Positions 27,097 through 40,545 of a DNA stretch of 64,000 nt are shown piece after piece. Source of the stretch: Octopus sinensis. Its lineage: Eukaryota. The notes below the pieces were generated by a model, which worked only from the letters and a program-made list of their open reading frames with translations, was not told the origin of the DNA and searched no databases. Position numbers and translations under genes: made by a program. Where the stretch lies: the NCBI RefSeq assembly GCF_006345805.1, contig NC_043010.1:55118001-55182000 (forward strand). The letters are read 5' to 3'. How positions within the stretch are numbered: position 1 is the stretch's first letter; the number at the start of each line of letters is the position of its first letter.

Positions 27097-27645
27097 GCCC
27101 TGATGCAGTACCAGGCAGTGGCTCTCATGGCTTCTGATCTTAACTGATTGGAAGTGTTATCATGTACATTGTTTTATCTGGTATAAACGATGGGCTACAG
27201 CAAATATTCTGCTCAATACCACAGATTTGCTTGTCAGTTGTTTGACCTTAACCAGTTGAGCATGTCCCTTAGTGGCTGACAATATGTGCATCTCTGATCA
27301 CGAGCAGAAGTAGTGGGGGAGCATCATAGCCATGTTTGAGAGGGATTCTTGGGGTTTGAATAATTCACCTCTGGAAACATTGGTGGTTCTTTCAACATCC
27401 TTAAACACCCTTATTCAGAGACCTTTTGAGCGGGATGGGCTACTCAACCTGAAGAAAATTCTAACTGGGCCCCACTGCAAGGTCATGTGCTGTTTATCTT
27501 GATATGAGATCACCATGTCGCGCACATATGGTTGTGATGCATGTGCCTGGTGTACCCTTATCAGACGGGTAGTCATGATGGGTATATTGGGCTTCGTATA
27601 TTTTACCCCAGTGTCACTTTGATGGCATGCTCTGCTCGCTCACTC
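27097..27645. mobile_element. Unclassified ~550-bp non-coding interspersed element between (TAA)n tracts
   Basis: GC-richer block with sharp boundaries at (TAA)n on both sides; no ORF homology seen; single copy in this window. Confidence 0.55.
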
Positions 27646-27894
27646 AATAATAATAGTAATAATAACAACAACAACGGCAACAACGACGACGACGATGACG
27701 ACGACGACGTCGATGATGATGATGATGATGATGATAATAATAATAATGATTCTCATATGGATGGTTATCTCTTATACCGAAACCTGTGCACAAAATAATT
27801 TGTTTATAGTGATCAAATATACATACTGTACATTAGCGCCCTCTTTCCAGCAAATTGATGCTTCCTTAACAGGCGCACAGTTTCGGATAAATTA

Positions 27895-28005
27895 GAGAGC
27901 AACTTGATATGAAATATTGTGTTCAAGAACATAATGTGCCATCCCGTGTTGGAACCGAAACCACGATCTCACGATCGTCAGTACGACTGTTTCACCTCTA
28001 AGCCA
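27895..28005 (-). mobile_element. SINE family E, degenerate head
   Basis: Diverged similarity to 7420-7545. Confidence 0.45.
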
Positions 28006-29007
28006 TAATTATAAGACGCTTAAAAACTATACTAATAAAATCTAGCAAAACAAAGCAGATTCACTCGTTAAACACTTTGCAAAGCGTCGTTTCTTAGCGC
28101 AGCTCTCATATTTCCCTACCCAATTTTAGTTATGTATGACGAATGATACATCTTGGTTTCGGTGCACAAATGTTACATAACACTTATTGAATAACAACTA
28201 AATCCAGTATCACACTTTCCATAACACGTATCTTATGACATCAATAAAAACAAATGCGATATATCATATAACCTACATCATTTCCTCTGAATCTGATGAC
28301 ACAGCTAACACAGTAGAGTTATCCATAACCTATAATACCAACACTGTAACACCAAAAATGCACACAACGCAATTTCTTAACAACCATATTATTTCCATAA
28401 TCGATGTGTGAGAGTAGAACACCTAACGGTTTGCACATTTCCTTTTAAGAGACACTAACACCACCACAGCGTGTGCGTTTGCGAACATTTCAGACGTCTT
28501 GTGTTGAGCTAATTATAGAAACTCATATAATTAACTCTTTTCAGGTATTCTTCATTATATATTTCTAATTATCTATATATATAGTTGCCCTAAACATGAG
28601 AAACATTACCTGGTAAATTAAATATTTAAAAATAATATTATGCAGACATTCCAAAGACAGTCCACTTTTTGCATACACATCATGACGGAAAAAGATGATA
28701 CTAAAAAAAATAGCTGAAACAGTAATAATAATGGTGATGATAATAATAAACCTGTCTACTATACGCTAAATGCCTTAGAAATTGGGGTTTGGTAAGCCAA
28801 TTACGTTCATCTTGGCGCCCAACTGATACATATTTCAAGGACCACGGAAAGATGAAATACTAATCATTTTGCTCGTTGTGTTAACGATTTTATCAGCTCG
28901 TCGTAAAACTAATAATGATAATGACTATAATGACAACGACAGCAATAACAACTACAACAATAGCAACAACAACAACAACAACAATAGCAATGATAGTGGT
29001 AATAATG

Positions 29008-29385
29008 ATGTGGTATATAGTTGACGTTGCATGCCACTTTGACCCAAGAATAGGCAAGAAGGAAGGCGAAACGATAGATAGATACAATGCTCATAAGTAC
29101 GAAATATCTCGGTTATAGAAAATGAAGAAGGTGAATATAGTGCTAATTATTGCTGGGTCCTTGGGAACAGTGTCAGAAGGCATCAAGATGAATATAAAGG
29201 AAATTGGAATTGTGTGCCCAGTAGAATTATTACAAAAGGTTTGTCTCCTCGACACGACCAGACTAATCAGGAAAGCATTAGATAGCTGAAAAGTACGAAG
29301 AGCATGGTACCGTAGGTTGCAGGTAGTAAGCCCGCTACGCATCCGTGACTCGAAGAGCTCCAACAAAACCTATGATAAAGAGAAA
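29008..29385 (+). mobile_element. Dong/R4-like LINE 3' fragment, distinct subfamily
   Basis: IVDVACHFDPRIGKKEGETIDRY...YEISRL*...IIAGSLGTVS...LLQKVCLLDTTRLIRKALDS* (RLE C-terminus); UTR then (ATG)n/(AAT)n tail. Confidence 0.8.
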
Positions 29386-29508
29386 ATGATGATGATGATG
29401 ATGGTGATGATGACGACGATGATGATGATGACGATAACGACGATGACGATGACAACAACAACAACAATAATAATAATAATGATAATAATAATAATAATAA
29501 TAATAATA

Positions 29509-29545
<37 letters not shown>
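29385..29545. repeat. (ATG)n/(AAC)n/(AAT)n microsatellite
   Basis: Visible run. Confidence 0.95.
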
Positions 29546-29546
<1 letters not shown>

Positions 29547-29930
29547 TCGTTTGGGATTTGGATTAGGAAACTCGTGAATTCTCTAAATAATAGCATGTAA
29601 ATATTGGATTGAAAATTACTTAGGATAGGAAATAATATGGGATAACTCGTGAAAGTTTCGAAAATTCTTATGACAAAGAAATTGATTATAAAATAAGGGC
29701 GTAAAACAGATCTGTAAAGAAAAAAGCATTTTTATACGATTTAATAACTCCTGGGGAAATTATAGAAAAAAATCAAAAGAAAACCCAAAACGAATTAGTA
29801 ATAACATTTTGACATATATCATAGTGCGGGTCATTACATCATATATTCAGTACATTAGCAATGTAATTCAATAGAAATGTAATATAACTAAGATATATTA
29901 GGTATATTCATATATTATATATATATATAT

Positions 29931-29962
<32 letters not shown>

Positions 29963-30014
29963 CATGTTGATTACTGTTGGTGCTGTCCTCTTCCTGTATA
30001 TACACATATATATA

Positions 30015-30046
<32 letters not shown>

Positions 30047-31776
30047 TAATTAATATTTTTGCAAAATCTATATATCCTTACGTCATGTAATTCCTGTATA
30101 ATATTTTTTTCTTTTTTGTCTTGGCAACAGTTAACTTACCAGATCTAGGTACATATATCCCGATACAACAAGCCACCTAAATGTGTCTGTAAATATTCTC
30201 ATGTTTTTGTTGCGCAAGAATATTTAAACATTCTCAGGATAGATTTTTCCTCACATCTCGAAGCATGCTGTTCAATATATTCCTGCTATTCTACCTCGCT
30301 CATACTTATATCTTCTCTATTTTAAGTAACCTTTCAATAATATTTCCCTATCAAACTTCCAACGTAATATTCAAATATGAGTTCTTTATTTCTGCCCTCT
30401 GAAGTATCGAATGACATGTTATGGATACGAATCATCCTGAAATTTTCTGGTGGCATTTTGTTTTGTTTTATATCTCTTTGGTAATGTGCCTCTAAATTGT
30501 GCCCTCAAAAACGTATAATACTGCGAAATATGCTCGGTTTTCATCTCCTCCACAAAGGCGCGATTCTCTGAAATAGCCCAATTGGATACGTGAAGAATAT
30601 GTACTATATGGTCATTGGTTTCTACAACGTTGTACAAGGACTTCCTATGCCGACCTTGGTACTATAATTCGTAGTGCTCTGTGGAATGGCGCCACAGCTG
30701 AAGTCGTCTTGAGTGCTCTGCACAGATCTCATTAATTTTAGATTCTTAAAATTTTCAAGTAGAATTATTACCTTTCCTTTCTGAAGCAGCTAATTTCCCT
30801 TGTCCCACAAGTATAGTTGCCGTCTCCCTTTGCACGCCTTCCGGCATATTTCCAGTATCTTTCCCTTGTTTCTGCCTCGCAATTACGATTAACCCTTTCC
30901 AGACAAAGTTTTATCCATCATGCCTATTACCCATAATTCATTACAGAATTATAAAGGGGGGGGGGAGAAAGAGAGAGAGAGAAAGACGGACAGAAAGACA
31001 GAAAGAAAGAATAAAGAAAGAAATAGAAACCGAGAGAGAAATCGTGTTTTTACGTATATTGAAAGTCATGTGCCGTACTTTTGCAAGTATGTCAATGTAA
31101 CATGACATCCTTGGTGAAAGATTGAGATGGCAAGATTTAGAAACCGCCGAGAAAGTGTGTTGTAGTTTAGAAACGTTTAAAAGAATAATTTAGATAAGAA
31201 TGAGTTTCAGAGATTTTGAAATGGAAAGATTATTCTTGTCAGTATAAGTATTTGACGAAGCAGTGAAAATGCTACGTATAGATAGTATATATCAGCGATA
31301 ATCAGTCATACTTGACAGGTATTTAAAAGAAATCAAGAAAAAATGAATGCAAAACATTATGCTGCAAAATGGAGGCGTAAATGAACGCTTACAGGCACAG
31401 AAGTGAACAAGATAATTTCCGTCAACTGTAAAGACTAATAAAAATAATACGGGATGTAAGACGCAAGACAAAAGAAATACAGTTAAGGAAATAAAAATTG
31501 ATATTACTGCTACAGAATAAGCATAATACTTAAACATTTTAAGAAGTTGAAGGTAGACTGACGAAGCTCTGAAACCAATGTGAGTGTATTACATCTTAAA
31601 CTTGACTTTAAAGAAATGCGTAAAAAGAGTTGAAAGGGTATGTGAGCCATGGTTTGTGATATGGCAGTTGTAGAAATATCAGAATGTTAGATGAGATGTA
31701 CACAAGTACACGCGTGCGCTCACACGTGCACACACGCACACAACACACACACACACACACACGCACACACACACTC

Positions 31777-31815
<39 letters not shown>

Positions 31816-31819
31816 TACG

Positions 31820-31943
31820 CAAGCTTTGGAGAAAAAAATGAGCCCTTTAGCGAATCGAACAGGAGTGATGTTTAATCAGGACAATGTGCTACCCCACACT
31901 GCAAAGATCACAACGCAGAATATCGAAGAGCTTAGTTGAGACA
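31820..31943 (+). pseudogene. Mariner-type transposase fragment
   Basis: QALEKKMSPLANRTGVMFNQDNVLPHTAKITTQNIEELS*, like the mariner RPALVNRKGVL.HHDNARPH...L.ELGWE segment. Confidence 0.7.
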
Positions 31944-33191
31944 CACACAACCTGTTTCCAAAGTCTTTCTCTACAAAATTCAATTCACAACGCATTAGTC
32001 GGCCCGTGGCTGAAACTGAAACTTGCTGAAACTAAAACAGAGCCCACATAATTTGCAGCAAGTTTCTTAACCGCATCCATCGAAGCAAAATGAAATGTTT
32101 ATCTTTAATTTTTGTTTTTAGATTTTGACTTACAGTTCTGATGTTGAAAAACAAGTATTATGAATGTCTTTTCCTTTTTGCTTTCTTCTTGTGTCACTCA
32201 AAGTTCAGACTGAAATCAGTGAACAAAAGGATTGGAAATTTAATTACAGAAATTTATTTCCTATTGACAACAATATTGCAAGGGGGAAAATTGAATCAAA
32301 ATTTAGAGAATCAGTGTGGCAGCAGCAGTAATCAAATCTCTCGCTACTCTCTCAGAAAGATAACGTCATATGGCATGGTGATGTATTGGATATAATGTGA
32401 GTAAACAGTACATGCGATAGTTCATTTTGGGAAAATTTTCACAGTACTCGATCGGGCTCACTGAGTGGCAAAATGTAACAGGAAACTTGGACACTACTTA
32501 TATGATGACTCACACCATCCATCGTTCCGCGAACAGAAATTCAGTGGTAGATAAAAAAGAAAAGTACTTGAAGGCTATGACTACATATATATTGACATTT
32601 TCTCACAGAAACCTGTTGACTTATAAAATGAAATGATTAAAGTAGATATATATATAATATACTGATCCCTGATTGGAAATTCAGCTGCAAATTCAACAAA
32701 AAATTACTCCATCTGGTGAGTGATAAATATTACTTATTTAAAGGTTACAATACATGTATTAAGTCGCTCCTAATAGTTTCATATGTTGGGAAAATTCAAA
32801 CACATTATTCAGGCGCAAACCGCGTTTTATAACGAACTAAAGATATTGAATAATAGAAGAAACTCGAAAACATTGAAAATGCAGCGTATAGAAAACGCTG
32901 CAAGTAAACAACTGAAAACGAAAAACAGAAAGTAAAATGTAAAAAATATAAGGATAAAAACACTATCCTCCTTAGACCTTAAATGATAAGGCTGGAAAGA
33001 TATCAAGTCAGTAAGGAATAGGCGGAATTTTCCAATTCTTCAAAATAAATTTATATATATGCATGCAATCACTGACAATATCTGACCTGGAGTTGAATAG
33101 AGAGTTAGGGATCTTAGATTAGAACATATTCGCCATTTATTCGATACATTCACATAAAGTATCGATTTCTCAATTACTTTCCATTTAATCA

Positions 33192-33565
33192 TGGAAGCAC
33201 TCAGTCGGTTACGACGACGAGGGTTCCGGTTGATCCGAATCGACGGAACAGCCTGCTCGTGAAATTAACGTGTAAGTGGCTGAGCACTCCACAGACACGT
33301 GTACCCTTAACGTAGTTCTCGGGGATATTCAGCGTGACACAGAGAGTGACAAGGCCGGCCCTTTGAAATACAGGTACAACAGAAACAGGAAGTAAGAGTG
33401 AGAGAAAGTTGTGGTGAAAGAGTACAGCAGGGATCACCACCATCCCCTGTCGGAGCCTCGTGGAGCTTTAGGTGTTTTCGCTCAATAAACACTCACAACG
33501 CCCGGTCTGGGAATCGAAACCGCGATCCTATGACCGCGAGTCCGCTGCCCTAACCACTGGGCCAT
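33192..33565 (-). mobile_element. SINE family A
   Basis: Reverse complement of 4573-4962; direct repeat ccatttaatcat at 33181-33192 and 33562-33573 (TSD). Confidence 0.9.
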
Positions 33566-34231
33566 TTAATCATATGCGCTGATTCGTTATCTCTCAAAGT
33601 TCATACGTAGCTAGCCAACAGAGTTGCTTTAAGTTTGTCCTTATGTAGGAAGGAGGATCTGTGATTGCTACAGCAATTTTTAAATTAACTTTAACATAAT
33701 CCAATATAAGTCTTCTTATCAGTTATAGTATTGTCTAGTGTTGCTGTTACTTCTGCCTCATATATGATAGATTTAGTCATACAACAGGATCTGGAGCCGT
33801 GACAGTTGCAACTGGATTCAGGTTCTTAGTATTGACTACGTGTAAAGATATTCTTCATATTGACGCAACAAGTATGTGATAATTTCATAGAACTCCTATT
33901 GAATATTTGCCTGTATCTGTGAGTGACTGGAAATGTTTGTCGAAGAGAGACAGGAATTTTTTTTACTAATGTTTCTTCTTATATTAAGTGAAAAGTGCGG
34001 AGTCGAACCAAATAATTTTCTTTGGCCAATATTTAGGTTGCTTATTAACCTGATTAAAACTTGAGTGGTTATATTCTAATTTATCTTTAATGCCACCAGA
34101 TTTATTATTACTATTTTGATTATTATCAGAGGGAATATATATTAATTTATCTGTGAAGCCACCATTGTCTACGTCCTTTTAATAATAGGGGGCATCTTTC
34201 TCGACAATTTCTTTGAAAGAAGAGAGGTAAG

Positions 34232-34232
34232 T

Positions 34233-34324
<92 letters not shown>

Positions 34325-34326
34325 CT

Positions 34327-34357
<31 letters not shown>

Positions 34358-34394
34358 ATATATATAATATATATATATATATATTATAATATAT

Positions 34395-34437
<43 letters not shown>

Positions 34438-34452
34438 ATATATATATATATA
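34232..34452. repeat. (TA)n microsatellite
   Basis: Visible run. Confidence 0.95.
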
Positions 34453-34453
34453 T

Positions 34454-34911
34454 TCAGATGTTAATGTGTTTACGTCACGGCCGCTCAGCATTTCAGTTTA
34501 TGGCACCTATATAATAATTACTGGGGTTACAAAGAATAACTCCAGGGTTCGATATCTTCTAAAAACCTTAAAGGAGGTGGTCCATCCCGCTCACACTGAG
34601 AAGAGCTGAAAACAATAAAAGCATAACAGGATATGTATATATATATATATATATATATACATATATATAACGGGAAACTTTATGAAAATAAACAAAAGAC
34701 GAAGGCAGGTGGAATACAAACAAACAATTGTATTAGTATGGCGCTCAGGAATATAAATAAAACAAGTCTTTTACGTTTCGAGCCTACGCTCTTCAACAGA
34801 AAGATACACAGAAAAGAAACACAGAAAGAAACAAGGAGAGAAAAAAATGCGTGCAGAGGCTAGCGAATCAACATGGCTGAGCGGCCGTGACGTAAACACA
34901 TTAACTTCTGT

Positions 34912-34912
<1 letters not shown>
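34454..34912. mobile_element. TIR-bounded composite element (MITE-like) containing SINE C and Penelope-like fragments
   Basis: Perfect 30-bp IR gttaatgtgtttacgtcacggccgctcagc at 34460-34489 and 34876-34905; TA-flanked. Confidence 0.7.
34767..34804 (-). ncRNA. Hammerhead-like motif, A6U variant (same family as 1589)
   Basis: UCUUU CUGUUGA A GAGC GUAG GCUC GAAA CG UA AAAGA. Confidence 0.6.
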
Positions 34913-34947
<35 letters not shown>

Positions 34948-34996
34948 GAAAAAAGTCAAGATACAAAATGCTAAAATAATTTTATAAAAAACACTT

Positions 34997-35038
34997 CAGT
35001 ACCGATTTCAGTTTCAGTCATTGAGACTTTTTCAACTG
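34997..35038 (-). ncRNA. Hammerhead-like motif, U3-A8 compensatory core
   Basis: CAG UUGAAAA AGUC UCAAU GACU GAAAC UGAAAUCG GUA CUG. Confidence 0.6.
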
Positions 35039-35143
35039 TAACTATGGAAAAACAATTAAATTTTGGAAAAATTAAATGAAAAGTTTTTTAAAAGAATATT
35101 TGCATGGTGTTGAAATACAAATGGCATTTTCCTTGTTTCTGCA

Positions 35144-35144
<1 letters not shown>

Positions 35145-35175
<31 letters not shown>

Positions 35176-35355
35176 CTTTTTTTTTTTTTTTACTCTTGTG
35201 AATTTTTGGTAGGGAAGAAAAAGAAGAAGAAGAAGAAGAAGAAGAAGGAGAAGAAGAAGAGAGAAGAAGAAGAAGAAGAAGAAGAAGAAGAAGAAGAAGA
35301 AGAAGAAGAAGAAGAAGAAGAAGAAGAAGAAGGAGAAGAAGAAGAAGAAGAAGTA
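35145..35355. repeat. (CT)n, poly-T and (GAA)n tracts
   Basis: Visible; gives poly-E, poly-S and poly-L pseudo-ORFs. Confidence 0.95.
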
Positions 35356-36464
35356 AATATGTAAATATATAAATATATAAAGTGACTATGAGTGACTGTG
35401 TATGCATACATTATTTCAATACAGTATGTGAAACACACTGAGAATTCAGATAGTTAGAGAACAATTTATTTGCAGCAGTGTTAAGGAAAGAATATAAGCA
35501 TGAGTGGTAATCGCGATTACAAAAGCTAGGAAAATCATAATATAAAAGAAAGTACAAAGGTTGAGAAGAAACATTTAACATGGGTTGGGCTACAGGTATT
35601 ATATAGAAGGAGGGGAACAAGGTTGTTCAATAAAATTTAAGGCATAGAAGGAAATAGACATCTACATTTTCGGTTATGCAAAATCTATCGATTGGAACGA
35701 ATGTCGTTTAAATACAACTTGACATAATCTGTCACGAGTGTACCCGGTGCATTTGTAAGAAAGTAAGAAAGTACATGGATGCTTAAATTGTGCAATGTAT
35801 CAATGTAAGGAAGTAGCTGAATAGAATTACAAAAAGCATAACGTAAAGAACGAAGAAAGTAATTTTAACAGAAGCACTTAAAGAACTATACTGTAATGCA
35901 CTAACATCTGTTCGCAATATATTCGTGAGTAGAAACGTATGCATATATATGAATGCACATACACAGATAAGTACATATATATATATATTTGTGTGTGTGT
36001 ATGTATGCGTGCGTGTGTGTATTTGAAGAAAGTGAAGTGAAGATACGTATACTTTTTTATAAGACGTATCTGTGGAGTCCAATAAAAATTGGGAAGTATT
36101 CGCCGGAGAATGTTGTTGTGGATAATAATTTCTCCCTATAGATCTCGTGTGTAATAAATTCATTGCACCAGGTAGCACATGACGTCGGCTGAATACCAGC
36201 AGCCGGGGTGGTTTCTATTGGATTTCGCATGCTTATTTGTAGAGAAAGTCTTGGTAAATTGTAGCCTCTCCGGATCCGATGTTCTTCAAAACGTAAATCG
36301 ACACGAATAGATTAACTGTGGTGTGATGCGATTAAGCTAAATGATAATTAATTTAGTGTATGCGCATAAAACACCTGAGATCGAAATAATGCTGTTTTTC
36401 TTATATTGTTCGACTACATTAGATTGCGATCGACACTCACTGTAATCTACGTATGTTTTTCTAC

Positions 36465-36655
36465 ACTAGGCACAAGGCCCGAAATGTTGGGGGAAGAGGC
36501 AGTTGATTAGATGGACCTCAGTACGTAACTGGTACTTAATTTATCGACCTCGAAATGACAAAAAGCAAAGTCGACCTCGGTGGAATTTGAACTCAGATCG
36601 TAAAGACCTACATCTCCCCCGAAACTGCTGGCCTCGTGCTAAAATTTCAAACCAG
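36465..36655 (-). mobile_element. SINE family B variant fragment plus an oppositely oriented tail piece
   Basis: Body matches family B on the minus strand (36465-36600); a similar tail lies on the plus strand at 36608-36655. Confidence 0.7.
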
Positions 36656-38301
36656 AATGAAATCTGAAATTGTCACATCGTTGTCTATCTCTTTAACTTC
36701 TTGAAGATTTTAGGTATAATTATACTAATGCTTCCATCTGTTCTAATTTAATTAAATTCTATGTCTTTGTACATAGTTATTATTATAATATGTAGCATTA
36801 CCAGCAGTTGGACGAAGAGTAATCAGTATTCCACACTCTATTTGTGACACACTCTGTTTGAAACTCAAGCGTTTGGTTTATATAATCTATTAACAATTCC
36901 GCATTAGTTCATAAAAGGAAAACTGAATCGATGTAAATTTGTTTTCACTTAGTCTTATGACAAGATACAATATTGTCATAATTGATATGGAAATTCTCCA
37001 TCTTGATAGCAAATGTAACATATTTTTAGTTTACAAAATAATTACGTTTAGTTCATAAACATTCAAAGATCAACGATTGCTTACCTACTTATGAATATAA
37101 AATTGAAAGTAGATGGGGCAATTCTAGATTTTATATTGGTTTCAAATTTTGGCACGAGGCCACCAGTTTCGAGAAGATGTCGGACCATAAAAATTGTCTT
37201 GGTGAAAATTGTTTTCACTTAATCTCTCCGGTTTATACTGCTGGCATAATTGATATGGAAACTCTCCACTTTGATAGAAAATACAACTTATTTTACATAT
37301 TATATATATATATATATATACGTTTCGTTCACAAACATTCACAGATCAAAGATTGATTGCCTATTTCGAGATATAAAGCTGAAAGTTGATGGTAAATTTC
37401 AAGAATTCATATTGTCTCTTAGACGTATAAGCACCAATCAGTATTGGGATTTTTGAAGCGCTTATGAAATACATTTTCATAATATATTTATTTGGGAATT
37501 AAAGACTGAAAGGAACATGGAGATGCCTATATTGCAAAGAACATCCCAACGATACAAAATAATAAAAAAAAGGGAATTATTTCGAGCAGCAAAAAATATC
37601 TTAAGAATTGTATAGTGTGACATTTAAAGACTGTGCATTTCAAATGCAAGTATCTAAGTCAGGATCAATCGCATTTATTAAACAAAGCGTTTAATGAACA
37701 TCCAATAACGTTTGTGGGCTCTTCATTCTGATGTAATGTGTGTAATATGGGTTCTTCAATTGAGAGAGGAATTTCGCAGAATTAAGTATCAGATGTGTAT
37801 GTGATAAACATTTAGTTGGCAAACAAAAGAAGGAAATTCTATGGTGTGACTCTACCTGATGACTCCCAGTCTAACAGCAAGCGCTAATCTTAAAGTGTCA
37901 CATTGTGCAATTGGTTATTAATATATTATATCTGTCTAAATGGTGTGTGACAGCTAATGAGATAGTGAACTTGAGCATTAATTTCTCATTTCAATATTGT
38001 AATGCTGTAAAAATCATACGGATTTCAGATATCGAACAACGCTGGAATAAATAATGCAGATAATATATTTTTTAATAGAAATTGTCTATAAATATCAATA
38101 AGCCATTTCGAGAAAGATTTCACTTAGTATTTATATTTATACGTATATAAATATACATATGCATGTACATAAACGCACATATATGTATACTTGTATATAT
38201 GTAAGTATCTATGTATGCATATATGATTGTATTTATAAAGGTAGAGATTTGTAAGCACATGTCCAATGACTAAGCGTACATATAAATATATATATATATT
38301 A

Positions 38302-38368
<67 letters not shown>

Positions 38369-38676
38369 TGTGTGTGGTATTTCATGTAAATTAGATGCGT
38401 GTAGTGCAAATCAGGAATAATTGATTCAATATTCTCCCTGGAGAAATTGAATGTATATTTTGAACACATTAGTCACCAAGCCTCTTCTTTGATCACGTTT
38501 GAACATTAAAACTGTCCACGTCATTTTCTGTTATCGCTAGATTAAGGCAACAAATTTACATTTCATACGCTAAGAAATGCCAGAAATCTTTGGATATTTG
38601 CCGGCTGTTATTTTCTATTCTGAATATAACAGTTTAGAGATGAAATGAATGATTTATATATATATATATATATATA

Positions 38677-38734
<58 letters not shown>

Positions 38735-39614
38735 CTATTGGCTTGTCGATTGATCGACAAACTGTGCTGCAGGTTACGATGCTGAATTCTGCTACGTTTT
38801 GGTGTAACATGGTATCAAACGTAACATAGGTACAGGGTTGAGTAGTTACACTTTACCAGTCACGAACATAGTATTCCATATGTTTAGCGTTCTCTCATAC
38901 TCTCTTTTTCTCAATGTGAGTGAGCTATATCGACCGTATTTCTAACTTCACCCATCCTTACGGGGCAGAAACTGTCTTCTGTCCTAAAATAGTTCTTCAG
39001 ACCCCACGTGACGACAATGATCAAACAATTCCATAAATAGAATTAACACCTAGTAAGCACAACCTAAATATGTACAGCAAATATTTTGCTTCAAAATATT
39101 TCAGAATCTCTCGTGGTGGGAATACTTCAGTCAATCTATTTTGACAGCCAGAGAAAATAAAAAGAAACAATTCGAGATCAGATAAGGATTACAGTAAAAT
39201 ATTGTTTCCACAGCTAAGATGTTGTTGCTGAACACCCAAGAATTATAAACATATTCCGAGAAAGAACAAGCAAGAAGTTGGCATAAAACTCCTTCTGCTT
39301 TGGATTGCCACTGTATATTTCGCTTCTTGATGTTTTTGTTTTGTTTAATTCCATTGTTTTATTCTCAAGAAACAGGATTATTTAAAACGCATTTGATAAT
39401 TGTATAACGATCTAAGTTCAATTTGGAAGTCGTACGTCTAGACTGTGTTATGACACCTAAAACAACTCGTGTTCGCTTTAACAGTTAACCCTCTAATTAC
39501 GTAAGTGTTCGTTGATCAGTGAAAATTATCAAGTGATGTAAATATTCCGTAAAATAAATTAGTGTTATGGTTGCTATTAAGTTGATGAATATCTGCATTA
39601 ATTTTCTTTTCTAC

Positions 39615-39937
39615 TTTAAGCACGAGGCTCCAAATTTTGGAAAAGGGGAGCCACTCGATTAGATTGACCTCAGTATGCATACTGGTACGTAATCCATGGA
39701 CTCCGAAAGGATGAAAGGCAAAGTCGACCTCGGCGGAATTTGAACTCAGAACGTAAAGACTGACGAAATGTCGCCAGGCATTATCGCCCGGAGTGCTAAC
39801 AGTTCTTATTTCTTTACTGCCCACAAGGGGTTAAACATAGAGGGGACGAACAAAGACAGACAAAGGGATTAATTCGATTGCATCGATCCCAATGCGTAGC
39901 GGGTGTTTTAATTTATCGACCCTGAAAGGATGAAAGT
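39615..39937 (-). mobile_element. SINE family B, two tandem partial units
   Basis: Reverse-complement match to 51332-51730. Confidence 0.8.
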
Positions 39938-40195
39938 GCCACATTCGACATAAGCATTATAATGGACCAAGAAAGAGTTTATTATAATGGGTGTTGTCTG
40001 CACCTTGAGCAAGAAACTTCATTTTACTTCGATACAATTGAAACAATTCGGAAATCCATACAGAGAATCGGTCGAGTACAAGCGTAGACCTGTCCCGATC
40101 AAGATCTCATAGAATTCTTTATTTGTGTCAAAAAGTAGGTGGCTGAACCAGTTTCTAAGACAGCTTGTAAATACATACGCATAATAATACTACAT

Positions 40196-40545
40196 GCGTG
40201 GTAGCGCGTGGCTTAGTAGTTACGACGTTGGACTCAAGATCGTAAAATCACGGTTTCGATTCCTGGACGGGTGGCGCGTGGTGTTCTTGAGTAAAACACT
40301 TTATTTCATTTTGCGACTGTCCATTCAGCTGGCAAATATAAGTAATCCTGCAATGTACTGGCGTCCAAGTAATTGCAGGCGGACAAGATATACATCGTGG
40401 AGCAAAACCCTTTATTTCATTTTCCTACATCCCATTCAGCTTGCTAAAATAAGTAATCCTGCAATGTACTGGCGTCCAAGTAATTACAGGCGGACAAGAT
40501 ATACATCGTGGAGACGGGCAAAAACGTCCCTTATGAATAAGTTTG
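40196..40545 (+). mobile_element. Old tRNA-derived SINE family E with internal tandem duplication
   Basis: A/B-box-like head; unit 40293-40401 repeated at 40402-40512. Confidence 0.7.

Noticed and set aside
27450-27490. Loose resemblance to the U6 snRNA core (ggcccc..gcaagg)
   Set aside because: No ACAGAGA box, 5' stem or U-tail; likely chance
30100-30900. GC-normal block with a 72-aa minus-strand ORF
   Set aside because: No recognisable motif or splice context; possibly an old TE
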